From Minisyncoccia bacterium (GTDB lineage Bacteria; Patescibacteriota; Minisyncoccia; Phycocordibacterales; UBA9973): DNA of 64,000 nucleotides. The notes below the pieces were generated by a model. The model worked only from the letters and a program-made list of their open reading frames with translations, had not been told where the DNA came from and searched no databases. The DNA lies in NCBI GenBank assembly GCA_038249055.1, contig JBBRWS010000001.1, positions 14,244 to 78,243 of the forward strand, in the 5' to 3' direction. The position numbers were made by a program, and so were the translations under genes. This document shows, one piece after another, positions 27,221 through 37,555 of the stretch. Within the stretch, counting starts at the first letter, position 1. Each line of letters opens with the position of its first letter.

Positions 27221-28918
27221 ATGAAATTTCATATAAATCAAAAAAGAATAAAAAAAGATATTGATCCTGATGAAATTTTTCTAGATTCCAAGAATTTACC
27301 TAATTTTAATACTCAACAATTTGAAGGAAGGCTAGAAAAGGCAATTCCAAAACACTCTATTTTTTTAATAGGAATATTTTTTATTTCAGTTCTTTTTATC
27401 TTTATTTGGCAAGTATTTAATCTTCAAATAATAAAGGGAGAGGCTTATTTAAAAAAAAGTGAAAATAATACGCTAATGAAAAAACCTATTTTTGCGGATA
27501 GGGGCTTAATTTACGACCGTAAGGGAGTAATACTTTCTTGGAATAAATGGGATAATGAGGATATTAATAAGTTATCATCTCCACAAAGATCTTATTTTCC
27601 TTCACCTGGATTTGGATTATTGCTTGGTTATGTAAGCCAACCAGCGAAAGATTCTTCTGGTTATTATTGGCAAGATGAATTTATCGGAAAAGATGGAGTA
27701 GAAAAATTTTTTAATGATAGGTTAACTGGCATTAACGGTGTTCGCATAACAGAAACAGACGTAGGTGGTATTGTTCAATCTGAGAACATGATATTATCTC
27801 CGCAGTCAGGAGAAAATATTAATCTTTCTATTGATTCACAAATTCAAAAAAAAATGTACGAATCAATTTCTTTAATGGCAAAAAATTCTAATTTTATGGG
27901 AGGTGCAGGTGTTATTATGGATATAAAATCTGGCGAAATTTTGGCAATTACAAGCTATCCTGAATATGATGGCAATGTTTTGTCTTTAGGTAAAGATACT
28001 AAAACTATAAATGGATATTTTTCAGATAAACGAAAAGTTTTTTTGAATCGTGCAGTTTCTGGGTTGTATAGTCCAGGGTCAATAATCAAACCATTTTTGG
28101 GTTATGCAGCATTAGTTGAAAATGTTATTAGTCCAGTAAAAGTAATCCTTTCAAATGGTTCTATTTCAATTCCAAATCCATACTATCCCGAAAAAAGATC
28201 TGTATTTAGAGACCACGGTTCTTTTGGTTATGTAGATATGAAAAAGGCTATTGCTATTTCTTCTGACGTATATTTTTATCAAATAGGAGGAGGTTTTGAG
28301 AGTCAAAAAGGGTTAGGTATTATTAATATTGATAAATATTCACGAATATTTGGAATTGGAGAAAAAACAGGTATTAATCTTAATGGTGAAAAAGATGGAA
28401 CAATTCCGACTCCCGAATGGAAAACAAAAACATTTAAAGGTGAACCTTGGAGAGTTGGAGATACATACAATACATCCATTGGACAGTATGGTTTTCAGGT
28501 TACTCCTATACAGATGGTAAAAGCTATTGCTGCTATTGCTAACATGGGTATGGTTTATACTCCTCACATAACACTTGCTGATAAAAGTTTTGAATCACAA
28601 ATTACAAATATTCCAATTGATGCAAATAAAATAAAAACAATATACGAGGGTATGAGAATGGCCGTGACGGAGGGAACTTGTGTAGCACTTAATATCCCAA
28701 AAGTTAAAGTTGCAGCAAAATCAGGTACAGCTCAGGTTGGTTTAGGAAATACTAATACAAACTCATGGATTGTTGGATTTTTCCCATACGAGAATCCAAG
28801 ATATTCTTTTGCTTTGGTTATGGAAAGAGGTCCTAAGGCCGCATCGGGGAATGCTACTCGAGTAATGAGTGAAGTAGTAGATTATATGAGTGTTTACACA
28901 CCCGAATATTTACAATAG
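27221..28918 (+). CDS. mrdA: Penicillin-binding protein 2 (class B)
   Basis: RGLIYDR, PGSIIK (SxxK), SSDVYFY, KSGTAQ. Confidence 0.9.
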   Translation: MKFHINQKRIKKDIDPDEIFLDSKNLPNFNTQQFEGRLEKAIPKHSIFLIGIFFISVLFIFIWQVFNLQIIKGEAYLKKSENNTLMKKPIFADRGLIYDRKGVILSWNKWDNEDINKLSSPQRSYFPSPGFGLLLGYVSQPAKDSSGYYWQDEFIGKDGVEKFFNDRLTGINGVRITETDVGGIVQSENMILSPQSGENINLSIDSQIQKKMYESISLMAKNSNFMGGAGVIMDIKSGEILAITSYPEYDGNVLSLGKDTKTINGYFSDKRKVFLNRAVSGLYSPGSIIKPFLGYAALVENVISPVKVILSNGSISIPNPYYPEKRSVFRDHGSFGYVDMKKAIAISSDVYFYQIGGGFESQKGLGIINIDKYSRIFGIGEKTGINLNGEKDGTIPTPEWKTKTFKGEPWRVGDTYNTSIGQYGFQVTPIQMVKAIAAIANMGMVYTPHITLADKSFESQITNIPIDANKIKTIYEGMRMAVTEGTCVALNIPKVKVAAKSGTAQVGLGNTNTNSWIVGFFPYENPRYSFALVMERGPKAASGNATRVMSEVVDYMSVYTPEYLQ

Positions 28919-28945
28919 TTAGTAGGATAAAACCTTTACTTCTAT

Positions 28946-29030
28946 ACCTACTTGTAGAGGTCAAACCTCCGAAACCAATTAGCCCAGTAGGTGATTGTAC
29001 TCAATCAAGGTTGGACCTCTAAAAGTAGGT
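28946..29030. repeat. Family A palindromic element with a 26-nt loop insertion
   Basis: AGAGGTCAAACCTCCGAAA-[26 nt]-TCAATCAAGGTTGGACCTCT (28956-29020), enclosed by ACCTACTT / AAGTAGGT. Confidence 0.8.
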
Positions 29031-29081
29031 GTGGGGGGTTTACTTATTTGTAAAAAATGAGTAATATACGTCTATCATAGA

Positions 29082-29118
29082 TCCCGTTAGTTTATATATT
29101 TTATATAAGCTAACGGGA
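29082..29118. repeat. Short hairpin with CCCGTTAG/CTAACGGG ends, upstream of greA
   Basis: TCCCGTTAGTTTATATA...TATATAAGCTAACGGGA. Same termini as the element before lepA. Confidence 0.6.
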
Positions 29119-29203
29119 ATTATGTTTATAAAAATGGTTAATATGTCAGTCTTATTAGTTAATCAATGTATGAGAATTTTAATTTTCTCTACCCTTAAAC
29201 AGA

Positions 29204-29668
29204 ATGGATGAAATAAATTATATAACAGAAGAAAAAAAGAAGTCATTACAAGAAGAACTTGATTATCTTAAAACAACTAAACGTAAAGAAATACTCGAGT
29301 CTTTAGAGGCGGCTCGTGCTCTAGGGGATTTGTCTGAAAATGCAGAATATCATCAAGCTCGTGAAGATCAAGGAAAAACAGAAGATCGTGTTCATCAAAT
29401 AGACCATATGTTAAAATCTGCGGTGGTTGTTAAAAAACATTCAAGCCGTAATGTTGAAATCGGTACTACTGTTATAGTAAAAAAAGAAAATTCAAAAGAT
29501 GAAATAACTTATAGTATTGTAGGAGCCGAGGAAGCTGATATGAAAAATAATAAAATTTCAAATAAATCACCACTTGGAGAAGCATTGTTTGGTAAAACAA
29601 AAGGAGATGTTGTTTCAATTAAAACTCCAAAGGGGCTAGTCAAATACACTCTAGTTGATATACAATAG
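29204..29668 (+). CDS. greA: Transcription elongation factor GreA
   Basis: ARALGDLSENAEYHQA, YSIVG..EAD...ISNKSPLG. Confidence 0.96.
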   Translation: MDEINYITEEKKKSLQEELDYLKTTKRKEILESLEAARALGDLSENAEYHQAREDQGKTEDRVHQIDHMLKSAVVVKKHSSRNVEIGTTVIVKKENSKDEITYSIVGAEEADMKNNKISNKSPLGEALFGKTKGDVVSIKTPKGLVKYTLVDIQ

Positions 29669-29673
29669 AGAAT

Positions 29674-31161
29674 ATGGCATCAATAGAAGAATTACGCGAT
29701 ACGCGTCTTATAAAAATTAATAAATTAATTGAAGCAGGAATGGAACCATTTCCGGTTTCTGTTTTACGTGATTACTCAATAAAAGAAGTAAAAGATTCTT
29801 TTGAAAAACTTTTACCTAAATCGGAAGAAAAAAATATTTCAATCGCAGGCAGAGTGATTGTTGTTCGTGGACAAGGAGCAATACTTTTTATAGTGTTGCA
29901 AGATGGAGATGAAAGATTTCAGGCTGTATTGAAAAAGGATTCTTTGGAAGAAAAATTATTTAACTTATTTGTTGATACTATTGATAATGGAGATTTTATT
30001 TCTGTAACGGGATCACTTTTTGTAACTCAAAGAGGGGAACAAAGTATTTTGATTAAAAATTGGAAGATGGCAACTAAGGCACTTCTACCACTTCCTGATA
30101 AATGGCATGGACTTCAAGATGTAGAGGAAACTTATCGTAAAAGATATTTAGATATTTTAATGGACAAGGAAGTTTACAATAGATTTGTTTTGCGTTCAAA
30201 AATAATTAAATTTGTCAGAGGATTTTTTGATAATAAAAATTTTCTTGAAGTAGAAACACCTATTTTACAAAATCAGGCTGGAGGAGCAATGGCAAAAGTA
30301 TTTGAAACTCATCACAATGACTATGATATGGATATGGTTCTTCGTATTTCACTTGAATTAGAGCATAAAATGCTTATGGTGGGAGGATATGAAAGAGTTT
30401 ATGAAATAGGTAAAAATTTTAGGAATGAAGGTTCTGATCCTACTCATTTACAAGAATTCACAATGATAGAATGGTATGCTGCTTACCAGACCTTAGAAAC
30501 AAATATGAAGTGGACTGAGGAACTCATTAAATCTATTGCAAAAGACCTAATGAACAAAACTACTTATAAGATTTATGATAACGATGGTAATGCAGTAGAT
30601 GTTGATTTAGGTGAAGAATGGCCTCGAATTACTTTTGGAGAATTATTAAAAAAAGATGCCGGAATAGATATAGAAACTATAACTTTAGAGGAAGCTAAAG
30701 CACAGGCTCTAAAATGGGGGGTAAAAGAAGAAGAAGTTAAAAAATTAGGAAGGGGTAATTTACTTGATAAAATTTATAAAAAATCTTCTAGAGGTAAAAT
30801 AATTAATCCGACTTTCATCACAGATTTTCCTGGAGATTTAAAACCTCTTGCTCAACAGAATAGTAATGGGACTGCAAAAGTTTGCCAGCTCATAATTGCT
30901 GGAGCAGAAATTACAAATCAATATGCAGAATTAGTGAATCCTATAATTCAAAGAGAATTACTTGTTTCTCAGTCAAATGCAAAAGAAGGTGGGGATGAAG
31001 AAGCGATGGATGTAAATGAAGGATTTATAACTGCAATGGAACATGGTATGCCTCCGATGACAGGGTTTGGTATGGGGATAGATCGTCTGGTTTCTATTTT
31101 TACAGAACAGAAAAATTTAAGAGATGTAGTTTTCTTTCCAATAATGAAACCAAGAGAATAA
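29674..31161 (+). CDS. lysS: Lysine--tRNA ligase (class II)
   Basis: YRKRYLD, EVETPIL, FRNEG, EFTMIE, GMPPMTGFGMGIDRL. Confidence 0.97.
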   Translation: MASIEELRDTRLIKINKLIEAGMEPFPVSVLRDYSIKEVKDSFEKLLPKSEEKNISIAGRVIVVRGQGAILFIVLQDGDERFQAVLKKDSLEEKLFNLFVDTIDNGDFISVTGSLFVTQRGEQSILIKNWKMATKALLPLPDKWHGLQDVEETYRKRYLDILMDKEVYNRFVLRSKIIKFVRGFFDNKNFLEVETPILQNQAGGAMAKVFETHHNDYDMDMVLRISLELEHKMLMVGGYERVYEIGKNFRNEGSDPTHLQEFTMIEWYAAYQTLETNMKWTEELIKSIAKDLMNKTTYKIYDNDGNAVDVDLGEEWPRITFGELLKKDAGIDIETITLEEAKAQALKWGVKEEEVKKLGRGNLLDKIYKKSSRGKIINPTFITDFPGDLKPLAQQNSNGTAKVCQLIIAGAEITNQYAELVNPIIQRELLVSQSNAKEGGDEEAMDVNEGFITAMEHGMPPMTGFGMGIDRLVSIFTEQKNLRDVVFFPIMKPRE

Positions 31162-31190
31162 AATAATTACTAATTAAAAATGACCAAGCT

Positions 31191-31376
31191 TTAAACAGCT
31201 TGGTCATTTTGTGGACTAATGTCATCTTCGCTTACGTATTCACTTCCACTATGCGGAAGAGGAAGATTTGTAGCAATTTTAATGTGCATTTTAGTTAAAG
31301 TTGCTACACCTTGTTCGTCTTTACCAGGAAGGTAAAATCCCAGTTGTAATTCGGGTATTTTTTGGGTGTCAGTCAT
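31191..31376 (-). CDS. Hypothetical small protein
   Basis: 61-aa ORF ending within a terminator-like hairpin (about 31177-31210). No motif. Confidence 0.35.
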   Translation of the reverse strand: MTDTQKIPELQLGFYLPGKDEQGVATLTKMHIKIATNLPLPHSGSEYVSEDDISPQNDQAV

Positions 31377-31467
31377 ATAACTATTTTTTTAGAAGTTTTA
31401 TAAATAATATAACAAAATAAGGGTTTTGTCTAGTGCTAAAAAATATTTTAAATATTTTTTAGCATAG

Positions 31468-31476
31468 TTATCCACA
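31468..31476 (+). promoter_or_regulatory. Consensus DnaA box upstream of the mraZ (dcw) operon
   Basis: TTATCCACA. Confidence 0.6.
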
Positions 31477-31482
31477 CTTTAA

Positions 31483-31549
31483 GTGGGGGATTGTATTTGT
31501 ATTGTGGGACGAAGTGGTTTATAATCAAACTAAGTGGGATATAGTGGGG
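31483..31549 (+). promoter_or_regulatory. MraZ-binding GTGGG direct repeats around the mraZ promoter
   Basis: GTGG(G) at 31483, 31504, 31514, 31534 and 31544 (about 10-bp phasing), with TATAAT at about 31520. Confidence 0.85.
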
Positions 31550-31581
31550 AATAATTAATAACTATATTTTACTTTATTATT

Positions 31582-32016
31582 ATGCTCATAGGGGAATATA
31601 CACATACATTAGATGACAAAAATAGAATGTCATTACCCGTAAAATTCCGAAAGGAGATGGGCAAGAGTGTTGTTGTTGCTCCAGGTTTAGATAATTGTCT
31701 TTCAATTTTTACAACTCGTGAGTGGCAAAAAGTTTCAGAAAAGTTATCTGATTCATCAATGCTCGCAAGTGATAATAGAAGTTTTTCGAGATTTATGTTT
31801 GGTCAAGCTGTCATTGTAGATGTTGATAGTAACGGTCGAATATTAATCCCGGAAAATTTAAAAAATCGTTCAAGCCTAACAAACAAGGTGGTTGTTATTG
31901 GTGTGCAAAATCGTGCTGAAATCTGGAATGAAAAAGCATGGAACGATTATAAGAAAGTAGTAGAGAAACAAGCTGATGCCCTTGCGGATAAATTAGGGCA
32001 AATAGGAGTTCTTTAA
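31582..32016 (+). CDS. mraZ: Division/cell wall cluster repressor MraZ
   Basis: GEYTHTLDDKNRMSLP, DSNGRILIP, EIW. Confidence 0.97.
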   Translation: MLIGEYTHTLDDKNRMSLPVKFRKEMGKSVVVAPGLDNCLSIFTTREWQKVSEKLSDSSMLASDNRSFSRFMFGQAVIVDVDSNGRILIPENLKNRSSLTNKVVVIGVQNRAEIWNEKAWNDYKKVVEKQADALADKLGQIGVL

Positions 32017-32017
32017 T

Positions 32018-32914
32018 ATGAAACATATTTCTGTATTACTAAACGAATCAATCGACGGTTTAAATATTAAACCCAACGATGTAATTGTTGACGGTACTCT
32101 CGGAGGGGGAGGACACACTTTAGAAATAATTAATCGTTTTGGTTCTAAGGTAAAAATAATTTGTTTAGACTTAGATTCTGATGCTATCGCTCGCTCTAAA
32201 AAATTGATAGATAAGACAGACTCCAATGTATCTTATGTAAATATTGGATTCCAGGACATTGATAAAGCGTTAGATGGCTTAGGTGTTAAAAGTGTAGATA
32301 AAATATTGCTTGATTTGGGTCTTAGTTCATTTCAATTAGAAGAAGGAAATAGAGGATTCTCATTTTCTAAAGATGAGCCACTTCTAATGACCATGAACAA
32401 GAGTCCACAAAGTGATGCTGTTACCGCTCATGGAATTGTTAACACTTGGGATGAAGAAACATTAGCAGATATTATATTTGGGTTTGGAGAAGAAAGATTT
32501 TCACGCAAAATAGCAAAAGCAATAGTAGAGGCACGTTTAGAAAAAGAAATAAAAACTACTTTTGATTTAGTTGAAATTATAGAGAAGACAGTAGGAAAGT
32601 TTTATAGAGGTAAAAAGATAAATCCTTCCACTAGAACATTTCAGGCAATCAGAATAGCAACCAACAGTGAGTTATCTAATTTAGAGCAAGTAATACAAAA
32701 AGGTTTTAATTATTTATCAAAAGGGGGAAGGATGGCCATAATATCATTTCATAGCTTAGAAGACAGAATAGTAAAAAAAGCCTTTGTAGAATTAAAAGAA
32801 AAAGGGGAAGTAAACATTATTACTAAAAAACCAATAGTTCCAAGTGATGAAGAGATAAAATTAAACCCACGTTCTCGTAGTTCAAAATTAAGAATAATAG
32901 AAAGAATAATATGA
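32018..32914 (+). CDS. rsmH: 16S rRNA m4C1402 methyltransferase
   Basis: HISVLL, DGTLGGGGH, DLGLSSFQL, SFHSLEDRIVK, NPRSRS. Confidence 0.97.
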   Translation: MKHISVLLNESIDGLNIKPNDVIVDGTLGGGGHTLEIINRFGSKVKIICLDLDSDAIARSKKLIDKTDSNVSYVNIGFQDIDKALDGLGVKSVDKILLDLGLSSFQLEEGNRGFSFSKDEPLLMTMNKSPQSDAVTAHGIVNTWDEETLADIIFGFGEERFSRKIAKAIVEARLEKEIKTTFDLVEIIEKTVGKFYRGKKINPSTRTFQAIRIATNSELSNLEQVIQKGFNYLSKGGRMAIISFHSLEDRIVKKAFVELKEKGEVNIITKKPIVPSDEEIKLNPRSRSSKLRIIERII

Positions 32915-33234
32915 TAAGAGCAAAAAAAATTACAAATGATATAGCCCAAAACATGAACACGCAAAAAATACTTTTTCGTATTCTTATTGTTAGTTCAGTA
33001 TTAATGTTTACTGTATATATCTATTTAGTTGGTTCAATTACTTTTAATATAATTGCTCGTAAATCATTGGAAAATACTCTAACTGAATTAACTAGTCATG
33101 TAAATAAGCTTGAATTATCGTATTTAAGTAATATTAATACAATTGATAAAGAATATGCCATATCTAAAGGTTTTGTAGACGTACATCAGAGTATATTTGC
33201 TGCACGTAATATTAACCATGTTGCTATTCGCTAA
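32911..33234 (+). CDS. FtsL-like cell division protein
   Basis: Lies between rsmH and ftsI. TM plus coiled coil plus A...GF. Confidence 0.65.
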   Translation: MIRAKKITNDIAQNMNTQKILFRILIVSSVLMFTVYIYLVGSITFNIIARKSLENTLTELTSHVNKLELSYLSNINTIDKEYAISKGFVDVHQSIFAARNINHVAIR

Positions 33235-34940
33235 TGAAATTATTATCGTTTCAATCAAGAATAAGAATTATAATAGCTTGTATTTTTATAGTTTCAGCTA
33301 TTCTTTTGAGTAGGCTTTTTTTTGTTCAAGTTGTTCATAAAAACTTTTATGCAGAGAGAGCGGACAAGCAATATGTAACCCCCTCAAGTAATATATTTAA
33401 TCGTGGTTCAATATTTTTTTCAAAAAAGGATGGTTCTTTTGTAACGGCTGGAACTGTAACTTCAGGTTTTAAATTAGCGATGGTGCCAAAAGATATATTA
33501 AATGGCGAATCTGCTTATATTAAATTGAATCCTTATATTGAGATGGATGAATCTACTTTTTTATCAAAAGTTTCTAAAAAAAATGATCCCTATGAAGAAA
33601 TAGCCACTGGTTTAACAAAAGAACAAATTACTGAAATAGAAAATTTAAGTATAAAAGGAATTTCAATTTTTAAAGATAATTGGAGGTTTTATCCAAGCAA
33701 TAGTCTCGCTTCTCACACGATAGGGTTTTTAGCATTTAAAGGAGATTCTTTGGTTGGACAATATGGATTAGAGAGATATTATAATTCAACTCTTTCTAAG
33801 CCAAAAAATGAATCATATGTTAATTTTTTTGCAGAAGTTTTTTCAAATATAAGTGATACTATTACCAATACTAATAGGGGGGATATTATAACAACAATAG
33901 AACCCTCAGTTCAGTATTCGCTAGAGTCTGAATTATTAGCGACCTTAAATAAATGGAATGCTGATCAGGCAGGCGGTATAATAATGAATCCTCAAACTGG
34001 AGAAATATATGCAATGGTTGGTTTACCAGATTTTGATTTAAATAATTTTAAAAAAGTTTCTGATATTGGAGTTTATCGTAATCCTATTGTTGAAAATGTT
34101 TTTGAGTTTGGTTCAGTTATTAAACCATTAGTAATGGCAGGTGCTATTGATGCTGATGTAGTTTCTCCTGAAACAAAATATACCGATAATGGATTTATTG
34201 TTGTAGATAAGAAAACAATAAATAACTTTGATAAAAAAGGAAGAGGTGTAGTTACTATGCAAGACGTTTTAAACCAATCTCTAAATACTGGTATGGTTTT
34301 TGCTGAAAATAAGCTTGGACACGATAAGTTTCGTTCATATATGAAATCATATGGGATAGGAGATAAGACAGGTATTGATCTTCCAAATGAAACTTCAGGA
34401 CTTATTAGTAATCTAAACAGTCCAAGAAATATCGAATATGCGAATGCATCTTTTGGTCAAGGTATTGCTCTTACTCCCATAGAAGCAGCTAGAGCCTTTT
34501 CTATTCTTGCAAATGGAGGTAAATTAATTACACCACATTTAGTAAAAGAAATTAAATATGAAAACGGGCTATCAAAAAAAATAAATTATCCTTATACAAA
34601 AGAAAATATTCTTAAAAAAGAATCCACGGATACTATTACAAGAATGTTAATTAAAGTATTTGAGTCCTATGATAGTGGAAAATATAAATTTGATAACTAT
34701 AGTGTTGCAACAAAAACAGGAACTGCACAAGTAGCCCTCGAGGACGGAAAGGGGTATTATACAGACCGTCACATGCATTCTTTCTTTGGTTATTTCCCCG
34801 CATATGATCCTAAATTTTTAGTATTTCTTTTCTTAAAAAATCCAAAAGAGATAAAATATGCCTCGCAAACATTAATACCACCTTTTTTAAATATTACTAA
34901 GTTTATTTTAACTTATTATGGTGTTCCACCAGATAGATAA
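33234..34940 (+). CDS. ftsI: Penicillin-binding protein 3 / FtsI
   Basis: RGSIF, R.YP, EFGSVIK, SLN, KTGTAQ, in dcw context. Confidence 0.9.
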   Translation: MKLLSFQSRIRIIIACIFIVSAILLSRLFFVQVVHKNFYAERADKQYVTPSSNIFNRGSIFFSKKDGSFVTAGTVTSGFKLAMVPKDILNGESAYIKLNPYIEMDESTFLSKVSKKNDPYEEIATGLTKEQITEIENLSIKGISIFKDNWRFYPSNSLASHTIGFLAFKGDSLVGQYGLERYYNSTLSKPKNESYVNFFAEVFSNISDTITNTNRGDIITTIEPSVQYSLESELLATLNKWNADQAGGIIMNPQTGEIYAMVGLPDFDLNNFKKVSDIGVYRNPIVENVFEFGSVIKPLVMAGAIDADVVSPETKYTDNGFIVVDKKTINNFDKKGRGVVTMQDVLNQSLNTGMVFAENKLGHDKFRSYMKSYGIGDKTGIDLPNETSGLISNLNSPRNIEYANASFGQGIALTPIEAARAFSILANGGKLITPHLVKEIKYENGLSKKINYPYTKENILKKESTDTITRMLIKVFESYDSGKYKFDNYSVATKTGTAQVALEDGKGYYTDRHMHSFFGYFPAYDPKFLVFLFLKNPKEIKYASQTLIPPFLNITKFILTYYGVPPDR

Positions 34941-35046
34941 ATATGAATTCACCAAACTTTTTATCAGACAACCATTACAAATTAATTAATTTTTATAAAA
35001 TATATACACGTGGATTAGATAGTATTTTTAATGAAAATTCAGGCCT

Positions 35047-36348
35047 ATGAAAAAAAATTTCAAACAAATTATAGTCTTAATAATAACTTGGCAGGCAAAG
35101 TTAATCCTTTCAAGGTATCATCCAAAAATAATTGCCATTACTGGATCTGTAGGGAAGACTTCTACGAAAGATGCAATTTTTACTGTATTGTCAAAGTTTA
35201 AAAAAGTTAGAAAAAGTGAAAAAAGCTTTAATAGTGAAATAGGTTTACCTCTAACTATTTTAGGTTCTCCTAATGGTTGGAATGATCCATTTATATGGTT
35301 AGAAAATATAATCCATGGATTTTATTTAATTTTATGGAAACAGCCATATCCAGAATATTTAGTACTTGAAATAGGAGTTGGTAAGCCTGGTGATATAAAG
35401 AAAAATGTCGTTCCTTGGTTAAAACCAGATGTAGTTATAGTTACTCGTTTTCCTGATAAACCTGTCCATGTAGAATTTTTTGGTTCAGTTGAAAAAATTA
35501 TTGAAGAAAAAAGTGCACTTGTTTATGCATTAAAAAAAGATGGAATACTTATTTTAAATCATGATGATGAAAAAGTTTATTCACTACATCTTAAATCAAA
35601 TTGTAGGACTATATCATATGGAATGAATAAAAATTCAACTTATCATTCTGTTTATCCAACATATTTATATACAACAAAAAATAAAGTAAAAATTCCTGTC
35701 GGTATTAATTTTAAGTTAGAATATGAAGGAAATGTTTTTCCAGTAATGTTACCAAATATCTTAGGTATGCATAACATAGGGCAAGCATGTGCGGCTCTTG
35801 CATGTGCATGTGAATTGGGTTGTGATTTATTGGAATCAATAAAAGCAATTAGTGAATATGTAACACCACCAGGAAGATTGTCTCTTATTGAAGGTATAAA
35901 TAATTCTATAATAATTGATGATACTTATAATTCGTCACCCGTTGCTATGGATGCAGCAATAGAAGTATTAAAAGATATTGATGGGGGAAGAAAGATTGCG
36001 GTAATTGGAGATATGCTTGAATTGGGTAAATTTACAGAAGAAGAACACTATATAATAGGCGAAAAGATAAATGGAGTTGCAGATATTTTAGTTGTTGTTG
36101 GGCCACGGGCAAAATCTATTGCACAAGGCGCAATGGAAAATGGATTTTTACAAAAAAATATTTATAGTTTTGATTCTTCAAAAACAGCTTCTAAATTTTT
36201 AGAAGGTATAGTAGAAAAAGGAGATATTGTTCTAATAAAAGGCTCTCAAGGAGTACGCCTAGAAAGAGCTGTAGAGGCTATTATGGAACATAAAGAGCTT
36301 AAAGGGACTCTTTTGTGTAGACAGGATAAACATTGGTTAAATAGATAA
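35047..36348 (+). CDS. murF: UDP-MurNAc-tripeptide--D-Ala-D-Ala ligase
   Basis: ITGSVGKTSTK, NSEIGLPLT, DDTYNSSP, GDMLELG, KGS. Confidence 0.95.
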   Translation: MKKNFKQIIVLIITWQAKLILSRYHPKIIAITGSVGKTSTKDAIFTVLSKFKKVRKSEKSFNSEIGLPLTILGSPNGWNDPFIWLENIIHGFYLILWKQPYPEYLVLEIGVGKPGDIKKNVVPWLKPDVVIVTRFPDKPVHVEFFGSVEKIIEEKSALVYALKKDGILILNHDDEKVYSLHLKSNCRTISYGMNKNSTYHSVYPTYLYTTKNKVKIPVGINFKLEYEGNVFPVMLPNILGMHNIGQACAALACACELGCDLLESIKAISEYVTPPGRLSLIEGINNSIIIDDTYNSSPVAMDAAIEVLKDIDGGRKIAVIGDMLELGKFTEEEHYIIGEKINGVADILVVVGPRAKSIAQGAMENGFLQKNIYSFDSSKTASKFLEGIVEKGDIVLIKGSQGVRLERAVEAIMEHKELKGTLLCRQDKHWLNR

Positions 36349-36354
36349 AAATAA

Positions 36355-36384
36355 AGAAAACCCCTCCTAAAAAGGGGTTTTTCT
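36355..36384. terminator. Bidirectional terminator
   Basis: AGAAAACCCCT...AGGGGTTTTTCT between convergent genes. Confidence 0.75.
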
Positions 36385-36405
36385 GATAATTCTACATTAA
36401 AGTAG

Positions 36406-36786
36406 TTATTTAAGGCATACAACAATATGAGGAAAAATTGTGTTAAATTTTTTGATATCGATGAATTCACTTTTGGTAAATTCTATCCATTTTGATTCCT
36501 CTTTGTAAAAAACTCCAAAAACAACCAGACCATCATTGTTGATTGAAATCATTAACAACTTATTAGTTGGTAATCCTTCAATCTCAAAATCTGCGCTGTG
36601 AAATTTTGGATTTTTTTCTGCCTTCATACTGGGGATGATTTTATCTTTCTCGATGATTTTTAAATTTGAAGTTTCCAGATTTATAATCACCGACTGGATG
36701 AAGATAAGAATTTTTTCTTCAAATAATTTCCCTTTTTCTATTTCGAGAAAAGGGATTAAATCCACTTTAACAATTGATTCGCCCAT
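36406..36786 (-). CDS. Hypothetical protein
   Basis: 126-aa ORF with TTGACA upstream on the minus strand. Confidence 0.6.
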   Translation of the reverse strand: MGESIVKVDLIPFLEIEKGKLFEEKILIFIQSVIINLETSNLKIIEKDKIIPSMKAEKNPKFHSADFEIEGLPTNKLLMISINNDGLVVFGVFYKEESKWIEFTKSEFIDIKKFNTIFPHIVVCLK

Positions 36787-37078
36787 GTTTTATTTTTTAT
36801 GTTTATGAATAACTTTTTTATAAATATAATATGTTTTTACCGTATTGTCAAATTTATTTTTATAGGTTATATAAATAAAAAAAGAGCCCCAAAATATATG
36901 GGACTCATTCTTTTATTTATTCTCTATTTAATTATTAAGACAAAAAATAGTTTGAGGCGATTTTGTAGTAGTATTCTTCGAAAATGAACACTAGATAATC
37001 ACAACATACATACTTTTTGACAAAGTAATATCAAAAGGGTACTTAGTGATACAATTTATTTCATAATATACTCCCTTT

Positions 37079-37432
37079 TTATATTACAAATGCTTCATCT
37101 CTATACATAACTAAAGCGTTCCAATTAGAAACCGTAGTTGCTCCGTGAATCCATTTTGCTTCATCAAGGCAAATATAATTTCTTCCATTTTCTTTTGCAA
37201 TATAGGTTCCACATTTATCCATACAACATATTCTTTTGTAATAGACAACGTTTCCCTTTGTAAACTTTAGTTTATATATATGAGGAACATATCCTCTCTT
37301 ATTACTTTTTTCGGAAATTAACCCCCTATATATATTTGAGGTTTTTCCAAAAACAATAAAATTTTGATCTATTTTTGGGCGCCCTTCCTTGAAGCACTTT
37401 TTACAATAACCCAATCTAGTAATTGTTGTCAT
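37079..37432 (-). CDS. Hypothetical Cys-containing protein
   Basis: 117 aa with CKKC and CCMDKC, a possible Zn site. Confidence 0.55.
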   Translation of the reverse strand: MTTITRLGYCKKCFKEGRPKIDQNFIVFGKTSNIYRGLISEKSNKRGYVPHIYKLKFTKGNVVYYKRICCMDKCGTYIAKENGRNYICLDEAKWIHGATTVSNWNALVMYRDEAFVI

Positions 37433-37555
37433 AATAGTGAGTTATCAAGTTTTTTAAAGACTGTGTATTTAGTTTAATTATATACCTATTAATTAAATTA
37501 ATATACAAATAGCAAATTAGTTTATAATAATTTATAAAAATGATAGTATTACTAA

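Noticed and set aside
29122-29211. 29-aa uORF overlapping the greA start
   Set aside because: No control codons or terminator; expected by chance in AT-rich DNA.
36799-36990. 62-aa plus-strand ORF and an 18-codon minus-strand ORF near a terminator hairpin
   Set aside because: Low-complexity, and the plus ORF crosses a promoter and terminator. There is no support for coding.
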